DNA of 24,000 nucleotides from an uncultured bacterium (GTDB lineage: Bacteria > Actinomycetota > Nitriliruptoria > Nitriliruptorales > Nitriliruptoraceae). The notes below the pieces were generated by a model that did not search any database, was not told the origin of the DNA, and was given only the letters and a program-made list of their open reading frames with translations. Positions 11,434-22,071 of the stretch are shown in pieces (the first letter of the stretch is position 1; each line of letters opens with the position of its first letter). The stretch is from contig CAWEUK010000002.1 of the NCBI GenBank assembly GCA_963812245.1, positions 637,939 through 661,938 on the forward strand. The letters run 5' to 3'. A program made the translations under genes and the position numbers.

Positions 11434-11982
11434 ATGGGTGGCGACGACGAGGCCAGTGGGCCCGAGATCGTGATCCGACGGACCCAGCCCGACGACGCCG
11501 TGGCCTTCACGGCGGTCCTGGCCACGCCTCGGGCAGTGTGGGGGACGATGCAACTGCCGTTCCCGTCAGCGGCCGAGTGGCGCTCCCGGCTCGAGGACAA
11601 CCCCGAATGGCTGCACTCACTGGTGGCGTGTCTCGGGTCGGTTGACGGTGACGTGGTCGGCAACATCGCCCTGGTCTGCGAACAGGCCCCTCGACGTCGC
11701 CATGTCGCATCGATCGGCATGGCCGTGCGCGACGACTGGCAGGGGCGCGGAGTGGGCACGATGCTTTTGGCCGCCGCCATGGACCTGGCCGACAACTGGG
11801 TGCAGGTGACCCGCGTGGAGTTGGACGTCTACCCGGACAACGAACCGGCCGTGCGGCTGTACACCGCCTTCGGATTCGAGGTCGAGGGCACTGCCCACGG
11901 CGCCGTCTTCCGTGACGGCGAGTACGTCGACATCCTCAGGATGGCCCGCTTGCACCCTCGCCTGGCCGCCGAGCGACGCTGA
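11434..11982 (+). CDS. GNAT family N-acetyltransferase.
   Basis: ATG 11434 has GAGGAGG 5 nt upstream. The product is 182 aa with the acetyl-CoA-binding motif WQGRGVGTMLL and LYTAFGFEVEG. The upstream part of track ORF 11251.. has poor codon bias. Confidence 0.85.
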   Translation: MGGDDEASGPEIVIRRTQPDDAVAFTAVLATPRAVWGTMQLPFPSAAEWRSRLEDNPEWLHSLVACLGSVDGDVVGNIALVCEQAPRRRHVASIGMAVRDDWQGRGVGTMLLAAAMDLADNWVQVTRVELDVYPDNEPAVRLYTAFGFEVEGTAHGAVFRDGEYVDILRMARLHPRLAAERR

Positions 11983-12097
11983 TGCTCGCGTAGAAGGCGG
12001 CTGTCGCAGGTCGGCAGGACTCCGACTGGCTGGCTCGGTGTGGGTGATGCATCGATGACGTCACCAGTGGCCCGGGTCAGGATACCCATGAACACGC

Positions 12098-12176
12098 CGC
12101 TGCCCCGATCGTGCACATCCCGCTGCGCCGATCTTGCACATCCCGCTGCCCCGATCGGCAGCGCGGCCGATCGGGG
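12098..12176. repeat. A 23-bp tandem repeat (about 2.6 copies) running into a 10-bp-stem GC hairpin; a candidate bidirectional terminator.
   Basis: CGCTGCCCCGATCGTGCACATCC (12098-12120), CGCTGCGCCGATCTTGCACATCC (12121-12143), and CGCTGCCCCGATCG... (12144-). The hairpin is CCCCGATCGG (12149-12158) / CCGATCGGGG (12167-12176) with an 8-nt loop. It sits in the convergent gap between the GNAT stop and the HNH-gene stop. Confidence 0.8.
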
Positions 12177-12213
12177 GGGCGGGTGGATGGAAGGGGTTGC
12201 TGCCGGGGTCGGG

Positions 12214-13887
12214 TCAGCCGACCCCGGCGAGCTGGGGTTGGAGGCTGTCGTCGTGTGCCGAGGTTGGTCCAGCCCGTGACTCGGAGCCTTCGCGCTGGCC
12301 ATGCCCAGCTCGTGGCTGCCATCTTCGCCGACCGGGATCGGGTGGCGGGTGGGTGAGGTCGCGGCGAGGTGGTGCCATCCTGATCGTCCAGCCATGGCGG
12401 CGGTGGCGCCAAGTGGTGGTGCCGTCGTCGTCGCGGGTGACGGTCCAACGCCTCGAGGTCTTGTAGTTGTGCCAGGTCCGGCCGACAGGTTGGAGGTTGT
12501 CGACGTCTGTCGGCCCGGCAGGCCATTCGTCGATGTGGTCGAGGTCCGCACGACGGACGGGACAGGAACCGTTGGGATCGGTGACGACGAGGTCGCGGGC
12601 CCAGATGGCCTGGCGCAGCCAACCGGGGGGCACTTGGGTTCGGCGTCCGACGCCGATTGCCTGACCGCAGTCATCCAGGACGATGGTGCGAAGGTCGGCA
12701 CCGCGTTCGTCCACCAGTCGTTGCAGCAGGCCTGTCGACACCTTCATTCGGCCGCCGGCCAGCGTGTGCAGCAGCCAGCCGGGGGTGCGGGCGTCGTCCA
12801 AGAGCGCGGCGGCGTCGATTGTGGCGAGCAGCAGGGGCCGCGCCGAGCGTGCCGAGCGTGCCGACGTGCCGGCCTCCCCATCGGGGTTGACGTGGGTGCT
12901 GTCCGGATTGTCGTGCTGACCGCTGGATCGGGGCATGGCCAGGGCGCGCTCGCACAGTCCGACCAGCCGTTGCGCCATCGACGCGCCGTGGTCGCGGGTG
13001 TGGGCGCGACGTTGGTCGTCGAGGCTGTCGAACAGCTCATCGAGCTCGTCGTCATCAAGGGCGTCGAGTTCCCGCGGTGCCGTCGACGGGGCCGGCAGCG
13101 CGGCGTCGAGGGCCTCGGCCACGGTCGCGAACGACACCGTGCCGAGGTCGGCGAAGAGGGAGCCGCCGCCGAACAGCCGGGGTGCCATGGACACGAACTC
13201 GCCGCGGTCGCGGGCGCGCTCGACCCGTTCCAACCGCGTGGGTCGAGCGGTGTCGACCCACGCCCACACATCGTCGACCAGCGCGTTGGGTTCGAAGCCT
13301 GCCATGTCGATCATTGCCGCTGCCACCAGCCCGTCGAGTTCGACCAGCCGAGCGACTGGCACGGCCCGAGCGGCCCGACAGATGGCTGCCACCTGCAACC
13401 ACGACAGCCAGCGATCGCACAGGCCGGTCAGGAGTGACGGCATGCGTTGCAGCACGTCGATCGCACCCAGGAGGGCACCGGCGTCCGCGCCGGGGATGCG
13501 GCAGGTGTGCTCCAGCCACACCTGCAGGGTCATGCCGCCGAGCCGGTCATGCAGGCCATCGGCCTGTTGCAAGCGGATGAGCACCCGGGCCGCTCGGCCC
13601 ATCAGCCGGTCCCGATCCTCCAGCACCCCCGCGAGCTCCCGCAGCCCGGCGGCGACCAGATCTCCTCCCGAAGCGGACGCCGCAGGCGACGCAACATCCG
13701 GGTTGCGGTCGGCGGCGGGTGGCCCGGCCGCGGTCGAGATGACGGGACACACGCAGCCACCGCAGGCACACCCGGAAGTGGCGAGGCCCGGGTTGCGGAA
13801 GTTGGCCTGTACCGACGTGTCGAGGGGGCAGGAACTCGCGCGGGCTCGCTCATGGGCGCGGACATCGGGGCGGAGGTGGTTGGCCAT
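12214..13887 (-). CDS. DUF222-type protein with a degenerate C-terminal HNH nuclease motif (REP13E12-like family).
   Basis: The preferred start is ATG 13887 (MANHLRPD...). The central region is typical of DUF222. The C-terminus reads ADLDHIDEWPAGPTDVDNLQPVGRTWHNYKT...WTVTRDDDGTTTW. Codon bias is weaker than in neighbouring genes, and the last roughly 57 codons are at background GC3. Confidence 0.78.
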   Translation of the reverse strand: MANHLRPDVRAHERARASSCPLDTSVQANFRNPGLATSGCACGGCVCPVISTAAGPPAADRNPDVASPAASASGGDLVAAGLRELAGVLEDRDRLMGRAARVLIRLQQADGLHDRLGGMTLQVWLEHTCRIPGADAGALLGAIDVLQRMPSLLTGLCDRWLSWLQVAAICRAARAVPVARLVELDGLVAAAMIDMAGFEPNALVDDVWAWVDTARPTRLERVERARDRGEFVSMAPRLFGGGSLFADLGTVSFATVAEALDAALPAPSTAPRELDALDDDELDELFDSLDDQRRAHTRDHGASMAQRLVGLCERALAMPRSSGQHDNPDSTHVNPDGEAGTSARSARSARPLLLATIDAAALLDDARTPGWLLHTLAGGRMKVSTGLLQRLVDERGADLRTIVLDDCGQAIGVGRRTQVPPGWLRQAIWARDLVVTDPNGSCPVRRADLDHIDEWPAGPTDVDNLQPVGRTWHNYKTSRRWTVTRDDDGTTTWRHRRHGWTIRMAPPRRDLTHPPPDPGRRRWQPRAGHGQREGSESRAGPTSAHDDSLQPQLAGVG

Positions 13888-13993
13888 GAGAACAACGTAC
13901 GACTGAGGTGTGACATCTCGATGGTCGTGATGCAAGACTGTGGAAGGTGACCCGCGGAAAGTGACCGGCCAGTAGGCGTTCGGCGATCGGTGA

Positions 13994-16900
13994 TCAGGTC
14001 GCGGCCGACTTGGTCGCGGCCACGGCGGCCAGGGCGTCATCGAGGACGTCCACAACCTCGTCGACCTGGGTCTCGGTGATCACCATCGGCGGCTTGAACT
14101 TGAGGACGTTGGCGAACGGGCCGTCGGTCGAACACAGGACCCCGTGGGCCTTCATCGTCTCGACCACCGCGTCGGCGGCCGCGGTGGCGGGTTGGCGTGA
14201 CACCCGGTCCGTGACCAGTTCCACACCCAGGAACAGTCCACGTCCGCGCACGTCACCGATCAGGTCGTGGTGGTCGGCCAACCGGTCCAGACCCTGGCGC
14301 AGCCTGGTCCCCACCCGGTCGGCATGGGCCAACAGGCGCTCGTCGTGCAGGACGTCCAGTACGGCCATGCCCACCCTCGCCGACACCGGGTTGCCGCCGT
14401 AGGTGTTGAAGTACTCCATCCCGTTGCGAAACGCCCGGGCGATCGCCGGCGTGGTGACGACCGCGCCCATGGGATGGCCGTTGCCGATCGGCTTGCCCAG
14501 CGCCACGATGTCGGGCACCACGCCATGGGCTTCGAAGGCCCACCAGTGTGTGCCGACGCGCCCGAATCCGCACTGCACCTCGTCGGCGATGCACACCGCG
14601 CCCGCCGCCCGTGCGTGGGCATACGCCGCCGCCAGGTAGCCGGTGGCCAGTTCGACCTGGCCACCGCACCCCGAGATCGACTCGTGGACGAACGCCATGG
14701 GTGGGTGGCCGTCCGCCGTCAACGCGGCTGCCTTGCCGGCCACGTCGGCGGCGTAGGCCGGACCGTCATCGCCGTGTGCTCCGCGATAGGGACCGGGCAG
14801 GTCGCACACCCGGACGTGATCGGGGCAGCCCCGACCGCCGCCACGGTTGAACTTGTACGGGCTGATGGCGATGGTCGAGGACAGGTTGCCGTGATAGGCC
14901 CAGTCCATCGTCAGGACGCCGTCTCGGCCCGTGGCGGCGCGGGCCAGGCGCAACGTCAGGTCGACCGACTCGCTGCCGGAGTTGGTCATGAACACCACGC
15001 TCAGGGGATCGGGGAACAGCGACGCCAGGCGGTCGGCGTACGCCACGATGCTGCCGTGCAGGTAGCGGGTGTTCGTGTTGAGCCGTCGCGCCTGCGTCGT
15101 CAGCGCTGCCACCACGCGAGGGTGCTCGTGGCCGACGTGCGCGACGTTGTTCACCAGGTCCAGCCACCGCCGGCCGTCAGCGTCGATCAACGTGGCGCCG
15201 TCGCCGGCGACGATGTGCAGCGGCTCGTCGTAGCTCGTGGACAGCGAGGTGGAGAGCCTGGCCCGACGTCGTTGCATGATGGTCTCGGCGTCGAGGTGGC
15301 GCAGGATGGCGGACGTGGCCGGGTCGAGTCCGACGAGCAACGGTGTCGGATCCGGCGAGATCGACCGCCACACCGCCTCCTCACTGGCTCGTGCGACCCC
15401 GTCCAGGTCAGTCGTGTGGCCGAGCAGGTCGGTGGCCAACTGCACGTGGACATGCGGAACCCATCCACCGTTCTCGGCGGGTGCGCCGATGCTCCCGATG
15501 GCGTCACCTCGCTCGAGGCGGGCGCCCGGCTCCGTGTCCAGGATGCTCGCCGGCGCCAGGTGGCCAAACAGCAGCCAGAACGGCGTGCCACCTGGCGTGG
15601 CGTACTCGACCAGCACCACGCCGCCGTAGTCACCGGTGCGGGGCCGGACATCGCTGGCCACCACCGTGCCGGCCAGGGGCGAGGACACGGTCGTGCCGAC
15701 CGGAGCGAACAGGTCCATGCCCAGGTGCACGATTCGGGCCTCGCCCGATGGCGTCACGAAGTCATCAGTGGCGTAGACGGCCCGATGCTCCCCGTACCTG
15801 CCCACCCCTGACTCAATGGTCGCTGGGGCCCCCGCAGCGGTGGTCGTGGCATCACTCGCGACCGCTTGGCCGGGTGCTGGCCATGCCGTGCCCGGGGCTG
15901 GTGTGGATGGCGCGGAGGGGTTCACGACGGGTGGCGACGTCGTGCCCGGGGCCGGACTGGATGGCGCGGAGGAGGGCACGGCTGGCGGCGGCGTGTCGGT
16001 GGCCGTGGACCAGTCGATGATCGGGGCGACGGACAGGTCGATGGCGATGATCGGGTGCGGGTCGAAGTTCGCGGACTGGAAGTGTCGTTGGACGTCGCGC
16101 TGGGCGGCCACCGGCAGGTAGCCACAGGCGTGGCGGTACACGGCATGGGCGCGCGCCGGTTCGATCTCGTCGAGCAGGTCCACCAGGCGGTGGATCGCAT
16201 CCTGGCTGGTCGTGATGTAGTCGTTGTCGGGGGCAGCCGCTGTCTGCCGTCTGGCGTTGTTGATGCTCATCGCCAACCGGGTCCGCACGACCGAGTCCAG
16301 CAGCGCCAACTCCCCGGGGTCCAGCGGTGCTTCGTGGTGATGGCCGGCGACCAGCTTCGCGGCCGCCTGCAACGGATCGCGTTGGTCGAACATGGCGTAG
16401 GCAATGGCCACGCCCAGGCTGATGATGCGGGGTCCCCGCACCACGTCGCCGTAGTCGATGAGCACCACTGACCCGTCAGCCGTGACGATGGCGTTGTGGT
16501 CGTTGGCATCGTTGTGGATCGCGACCTGGGGGAGGGACGCCAGCGCCGGCACCAACTCGGCGACGGCAGCTGCCAGCACGTCGTCGGCCCATGGATTCCC
16601 CTCGGGTGGCAGCCGATCCACCTGCAGCATGTTCCAGTCGTGTGGTCGGTCCAGCCCCGGATGGTCAAGTCCGGCCAACGCCTCATCCGTGCGCGCCACG
16701 GCCCGGCCGAGTTCCCACAGCGGTCGACTGTCGGGACCGAACTCCGCCACCGGCGCGCCGTCCACCCAGGTCAGCAGACGAACGACGTGCGTGTCGCCGG
16801 TCGGATCCACGGCCGTGGTGGATCCGACGACTCGGGGACCTCCCAGCGTCGGGGACTGCGTGGCGACTTGGTCCAGGGCCAGGTCCTGCAGCTCCAGGCT

Positions 16901-17071
16901 GTCGGCGGTCACGGTGGGGTGGTGCAGTTTCAGCACGAAGCAGGTGCCATCGGTGGTGGTGACGCAGACGTTGTGGTCCTTGTAGCCGGCCAGTGGTGAG
17001 AGATCTGCTACATCCAGCCCGAAGGCAGATCGCGCGATCGCGTGGATGTCGCCATGGGACGGCCAAGCCAT
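13994..17071 (-). CDS. Tri-domain fusion: HYKK/APH-like kinase, then Pro/Ser/Thr linker, then M23 (LytM) metallopeptidase-like domain, then class-III aminotransferase of the ETNPPL/PHYKPL (phospho-lyase) type.
   Basis: ATG 17071 has GGAGGG 5 nt upstream. ATG 17119 would add 16 codons of background GC3. Kinase: [42 protein letters not shown]23: HLGMD (HxxxD) and HVHVQ (HxH). Aminotransferase: [20 protein letters not shown] (PLP lysine), [36 protein letters not shown]. Confidence 0.9.
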   Translation of the reverse strand: MAWPSHGDIHAIARSAFGLDVADLSPLAGYKDHNVCVTTTDGTCFVLKLHHPTVTADSLELQDLALDQVATQSPTLGGPRVVGSTTAVDPTGDTHVVRLLTWVDGAPVAEFGPDSRPLWELGRAVARTDEALAGLDHPGLDRPHDWNMLQVDRLPPEGNPWADDVLAAAVAELVPALASLPQVAIHNDANDHNAIVTADGSVVLIDYGDVVRGPRIISLGVAIAYAMFDQRDPLQAAAKLVAGHHHEAPLDPGELALLDSVVRTRLAMSINNARRQTAAAPDNDYITTSQDAIHRLVDLLDEIEPARAHAVYRHACGYLPVAAQRDVQRHFQSANFDPHPIIAIDLSVAPIIDWSTATDTPPPAVPSSAPSSPAPGTTSPPVVNPSAPSTPAPGTAWPAPGQAVASDATTTAAGAPATIESGVGRYGEHRAVYATDDFVTPSGEARIVHLGMDLFAPVGTTVSSPLAGTVVASDVRPRTGDYGGVVLVEYATPGGTPFWLLFGHLAPASILDTEPGARLERGDAIGSIGAPAENGGWVPHVHVQLATDLLGHTTDLDGVARASEEAVWRSISPDPTPLLVGLDPATSAILRHLDAETIMQRRRARLSTSLSTSYDEPLHIVAGDGATLIDADGRRWLDLVNNVAHVGHEHPRVVAALTTQARRLNTNTRYLHGSIVAYADRLASLFPDPLSVVFMTNSGSESVDLTLRLARAATGRDGVLTMDWAYHGNLSSTIAISPYKFNRGGGRGCPDHVRVCDLPGPYRGAHGDDGPAYAADVAGKAAALTADGHPPMAFVHESISGCGGQVELATGYLAAAYAHARAAGAVCIADEVQCGFGRVGTHWWAFEAHGVVPDIVALGKPIGNGHPMGAVVTTPAIARAFRNGMEYFNTYGGNPVSARVGMAVLDVLHDERLLAHADRVGTRLRQGLDRLADHHDLIGDVRGRGLFLGVELVTDRVSRQPATAAADAVVETMKAHGVLCSTDGPFANVLKFKPPMVITETQVDEVVDVLDDALAAVAATKSAAT
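15888..15995 (-). repeat. In-frame 54-bp tandem duplication inside the Pro/Ser/Thr linker of the fusion gene.
   Basis: The plus-strand unit GTGCCCGGGGCTGGTGTGGATGGCGCGGAGG... at 15888 recurs at 15942. The protein reads [18 protein letters not shown] / [18 protein letters not shown], an 18-aa period. Confidence 0.8.
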
Positions 17072-17157
17072 CTCTTCCCTCCAGTCCAGGTCCCGCCCAC
17101 GATAGGCCGCACCGATCATGGGGTGGGGCCCCTGTCAGGCCCGCGGGAACACTGCGA

Positions 17158-19833
17158 TCACGTGCCTGCGTCCTGGGCGCGCAGTGATCGAACGAGGTGG
17201 TCGCGTTGTTCGATGACCAGGCGACGCAGCGAGGCGGGGTCGTCGGCGTGGCCATCGAGCCAGTCGTCCACGGCAGCCACCGTGGGATGGTCGGTCGCCG
17301 CCACGCCCTCGATGGCGTCCCGCGCCGGGGGAAACAGCACCACCACCAACCGACGTGCGATCGCGATGCTGTGGGTTGCCCAGATGTCTGACAGCCCGTC
17401 GATGTAGGCAGCGGCGAAGCGCGCGGTCAGTTCCCGTTGGTCCGCTCGCCCCCACCCGGCGGCCAGGGCGGCAACCGACTCGCTGGCCAGGTCGCGCCGC
17501 GTCACCAACTGGTTGTACGCCCAGTCCTTGGCTTCGACGGAGGGGGTGGCTGCTCGTGCCATGGCGTGCTGGCGGCGTGTCCGGGCGGTGTCCTTGCGGG
17601 CGAGTTCGGTGTCCAGTTGCGCGCGGTCGGCTCGGCCGGACGCGGCCAACTCCACCCAGACTGCCCAGCGAAGGTCGGCGTCCAGCACCAGGCCCTTCGG
17701 GACACCGCGGCCGTCCAGCAGAGCTTCCAGCCACTCGGTCCGATCGCCCGCCAGCGAGATCGCCAGCCGTGTCCAGGCCAGTTGCCGGTCGCTGCCCGAC
17801 GCGGCTGCATGGGCTGCCTCCACGGCCGTGGTGTGCAGCTGCCGGGTGAACTCTGATCGACGGGATGCCGGCAGGAAGTACTGGATGCCACGCCTGGCCT
17901 GACCGTGCAGGTTGGCGATGATGCCGGGATGCGTCTCCGACGGGCCGTGCCGTGACACGGTGTCCAGGAAGGCCGCTGCCGGCATGTGGGCATCACGCGT
18001 CGCGTCCCACAGGGCCGACCACACCACGGCCCGGGCCAGCGAGTCCTCGATGGTCGACAGGTGACTGCGCACCGCGTCGAGGCTGGCCGGGTCCAGCACG
18101 ACCTTGGCGTAGGTCAGGTCGTCGTCGTTGGGAAGGATGAGGTCGGGTCGTGGGCGCCCCACCAGGCCGTCGAGCGCGATCTCGCCGTCGGCAAGGTCGA
18201 CCGTCGTGTGCACGGTGCGGACCAGGCCGCCGTCCCGGACGTCGTAGCCACCCACCGAGATCCGGTGTGGCCGCAGCACTGCCAGTTCGGTGGCCGGGTC
18301 CCTGCCTGCCTGTGCCAGCCTGGCCGCCGTCACGGGCGACTGCGGTCCGGCGACGTCCACCTCCACGCGCACTTCCGACACGCCGGCGGTCTCCAACCAC
18401 ACGCGTGACCAGGCACGCAGGTCACGCCCGGAGGTCGACTCGAGTGCGACCAGGAAGTCGTCCAGGGTGGTGGTGCCCCATGCGTGGCGGCGGAAGTAGT
18501 CGTTGGCGCCGACCATGAAGGCGTCCCGGCCCACCCACGCCACCAACTGCTTGAGCACGCTGGCGCCCTTGGAGTAGGTGATCCCGTCGAAGTTGAGCTT
18601 CGCGGCCTCCAGGTCGGTGATGTCGGCGACGATCGGGTGGGTCGTGGGCAGTTGGTCCTGGCGTGCCGCGCGGGCCTTGTCACTGGTGGCGAAGGTCGTC
18701 CAGGCGTCGGTGAACCGCGTGGCCTCGGCGATGCCCAACGTGCCCATGAAGTCGGCGAAGGACTCCTTGAGCCACAGGTCGTCCCACCACTGCATGGTCA
18801 CGAGGTCGCCGAACCACATGTGTGCCATCTCGTGGAGGATCGTGCTGGCGCGACGCTCACGCTCGGCGTCGGTCACCGCCGACTGGAAGAGGTAGGACTC
18901 GGTCAGGGTGACCAGCCCGGGATTCTCCATGGCTCCGAGGTTGTACTCGGGCACGAACGCCTGGTCGTAGCGACCGAACGGGTAGGCGAGGTCGAACACC
19001 GAGTGGAAGAAGTCCAGCCCCTGCTTGGTGATGGCGACGACCTCGTCGGCATCCAGTGATGCCCGCAGGGCCTGGCGACACAGCACCGCCAGGGGGACGT
19101 CCATCTCGGTGCCGTCGCTGGCCGTGCCGTGCCAGTGGTCCTCCACGACGTGGTAGGGCCCGGCCAGCACGGTCGTGATGTAGGTCGCGATCGGGAGCGT
19201 CGGCGCGAAGTCCCAGCGTGCGGTTGCGGGGTCGATGCGCGTGGTGGTGCCAGCCGTGTTGGAGCGAACCTCCCAGTCGTGCGGTGCCACGACGTGGAAG
19301 GTGAACGGGCCCTTCAGGCTGGGCTGTTCGAAGGTTGCGAACACGCGTCGGGCGTCTGCCGGTTCGTACTGCGTGTAGAGGTAGGTGCGCCCGTCCACCG
19401 GATCGGTGAACCGATGCATGCCCTCGCCGGTGTGGCTGTAGTCGCACTGGGCTTCGACCTCGACGTTGTTGGTGCCGAGGCGGAGCCCGTCGGCAGCCGT
19501 GAGCGTGATGCGGGCACCATCGAACACGTCGTCCGGGTCGACCGACTGGCCGTTGACGGTGATCGCGTCCACGGCAGGTGCGAGCAGGTCCAGCCAGGTT
19601 GCCGGAGGCGTGGATGCCCCGGCGGCGATGGTGAACGACACCCGGCTGCGCGAGGGAAAGGTCGACGTCGACGCGTCCGGCGCCCTGGAGAGGTCGAGCG
19701 TGACGTCGTGGGCGACGTCGGTGATGCGGCGGGCGCGTTCACCGGTCTCGGCTCGGGTCAGGTTGGCCTTGTCGGACGTGATGGCAGCGCTCCGGTCGGC
19801 GGACCCAGTGATGCTAACGCCGGACACGAGCAC
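17158..19833 (-). CDS. pepN: Aminopeptidase N (M1 family).
   Basis: GAMENPG exopeptidase motif and HEMAHMWFGDLVTMQWWDDLWLKESFA (HExxH-x18-E). The N-terminal ANLTRAETGERARR is typical of PepN. The nearest in-frame starts are GTG 19833 and 19827. The upstream part of the 964-aa track ORF (to 20052) is R/W-rich and not coding-like. Confidence 0.9.
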   Translation of the reverse strand: MLVSGVSITGSADRSAAITSDKANLTRAETGERARRITDVAHDVTLDLSRAPDASTSTFPSRSRVSFTIAAGASTPPATWLDLLAPAVDAITVNGQSVDPDDVFDGARITLTAADGLRLGTNNVEVEAQCDYSHTGEGMHRFTDPVDGRTYLYTQYEPADARRVFATFEQPSLKGPFTFHVVAPHDWEVRSNTAGTTTRIDPATARWDFAPTLPIATYITTVLAGPYHVVEDHWHGTASDGTEMDVPLAVLCRQALRASLDADEVVAITKQGLDFFHSVFDLAYPFGRYDQAFVPEYNLGAMENPGLVTLTESYLFQSAVTDAERERRASTILHEMAHMWFGDLVTMQWWDDLWLKESFADFMGTLGIAEATRFTDAWTTFATSDKARAARQDQLPTTHPIVADITDLEAAKLNFDGITYSKGASVLKQLVAWVGRDAFMVGANDYFRRHAWGTTTLDDFLVALESTSGRDLRAWSRVWLETAGVSEVRVEVDVAGPQSPVTAARLAQAGRDPATELAVLRPHRISVGGYDVRDGGLVRTVHTTVDLADGEIALDGLVGRPRPDLILPNDDDLTYAKVVLDPASLDAVRSHLSTIEDSLARAVVWSALWDATRDAHMPAAAFLDTVSRHGPSETHPGIIANLHGQARRGIQYFLPASRRSEFTRQLHTTAVEAAHAAASGSDRQLAWTRLAISLAGDRTEWLEALLDGRGVPKGLVLDADLRWAVWVELAASGRADRAQLDTELARKDTARTRRQHAMARAATPSVEAKDWAYNQLVTRRDLASESVAALAAGWGRADQRELTARFAAAYIDGLSDIWATHSIAIARRLVVVLFPPARDAIEGVAATDHPTVAAVDDWLDGHADDPASLRRLVIEQRDHLVRSLRAQDAGT

Positions 19834-19885
19834 GGGCAGGTTCCGACAGTGGTCGTGCGCGCGGTGCAGGAGTGCAGCCCCTCGG

Positions 19886-20041
19886 TCACGCGAGGACGTC
19901 CAGCCGGCGGTGGTCCGTCGACAGCACCACGACCGCGTGGCGCGAGGAGATGACCTCGCCCCAGCCGCCGTCCTCGCTGCCCACGTCTGCCAGGTCGCGC
20001 GTCGGTCCGGACTGGGTGTCCATGGCCACCTCGGTCTCCAT
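19886..20041 (-). CDS. Small hypothetical protein (51 aa; possibly 90 aa from GTG 20158).
   Basis: METEVAMDTQSGPTRDLADVGSEDGGWGEVISSRHAVVVLSTDHRRLDVLA. 49 of 51 codons end in G/C, against a background near 70 %. It lies between the ABC permease stop (20171) and the pepN start in the same orientation. I recognise no family. Confidence 0.45.
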   Translation of the reverse strand: METEVAMDTQSGPTRDLADVGSEDGGWGEVISSRHAVVVLSTDHRRLDVLA

Positions 20042-20170
20042 GGACCACCCACCCAGTGACGTGGCTTCCTGTCGACGCCGGCGCACGGCCCCGGCGCCCG
20101 CGGCCGTGGCGCGCAGTCGTTGCCGGCACCGCATCTGGGCGTGGTCGGTGTCGACCACGCCCAGTCGGGA

Positions 20171-21027
20171 CTAGATGACCGCTCGGCGGTACATGCGCAC
20201 GGCCAGCGGCGCGAACACCGCGATCAGCCCGACGATCCATGCGATTGCCAGCAGGCTCTGGCCTCCAACGGTCTGGCCGGCCGGCATGACGCCCGGGCCG
20301 AGCATCAGCCCACGGATCGCGTTGGCGATGATCGTGACGGGTTGGTTGTCGGCGAACACCTGCAGCCACGCCGGCATCGTCTCCGTTGGCACGAACACCG
20401 AACTGGCGAAGACGAAGGGGAACACCGGGATGAAGATGGCGGACTGGACCGCCTCGGGGTTCTTGATCTTCAGGCCGATCGTGGCCATCACCCACGACAG
20501 GGAGAAGGCGAAGCCGAGCGCGAGGCCCATGCCACCAAGGAACTGTCCCCAGTTGGTCTGGAACCGGAAGCCCATCAGGAATCCCGCCACCAGCATCAGT
20601 GTGAGGACGAAGGCGTTGCGGGCCAGGTCGGCGATGGTGCGACCGGCCAGCACTGCCGACCGCGCCATGGGCAGCGATCGGAAGCGGTCGATCACGCCGC
20701 TGCCGAGGTCCTCGGTGAGCCCGATCGCCGTCTGGCCGGCGCCGAACACGACCACCTGGACGAGCAGTCCCGGGACCAGGAAGTTGATGTACTTGCCGTC
20801 CGCTGCCGGGGGGATCTGCGTGCCGATGACGCCGCCGAAGACGTAGTTGAACAACAGCAGGAACATCACGGGCTGGATGGTCGCGAACACCAGCAGTTGG
20901 GGGAGGCGGATGTTGCGGACGAGGCCGCGCCGGGTGACGACCAGCGTGTCGGACACGGCGTCGCCCAGGCTGATGCGTCCTGGGTGGTCGGTGTCGGGGC
21001 CCTGGCTCGTCGGGGCGGTGGCAGTGG

Positions 21028-21031
<4 letters not shown>
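20171..21031 (-). CDS. ABC-2 type transporter permease (DrrB-like).
   Basis: ATG 21031 overlaps the ATPase stop (ATGA). The product is 286 aa with six hydrophobic segments and the typical ABC-2 pattern ...VIDRFRSLPMARSAVLAGR... and ...VFVPTETMPAWLQVFADNQPVT... Confidence 0.85.

Positions 21032-22057
<1,026 letters not shown>

Positions 22058-22071
<14 letters not shown>

Noticed and set aside
12214-13993. The HNH/DUF222 gene as part of a mobile element or defence system.
   Set aside because: It is a single gene with a degenerate nuclease motif. There is no partner methylase, ATPase, integrase or transposase, and I could not find terminal inverted or direct repeats flanking it.
19834-20052. 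An N-terminal extension of pepN to the ATG at 20052.
   Set aside because: The extension is Trp/Arg-rich and has poor codon bias in that frame. A different frame on the same strand (the small ORF) carries the coding signal. PepN homology begins at ...ANLTRAE.
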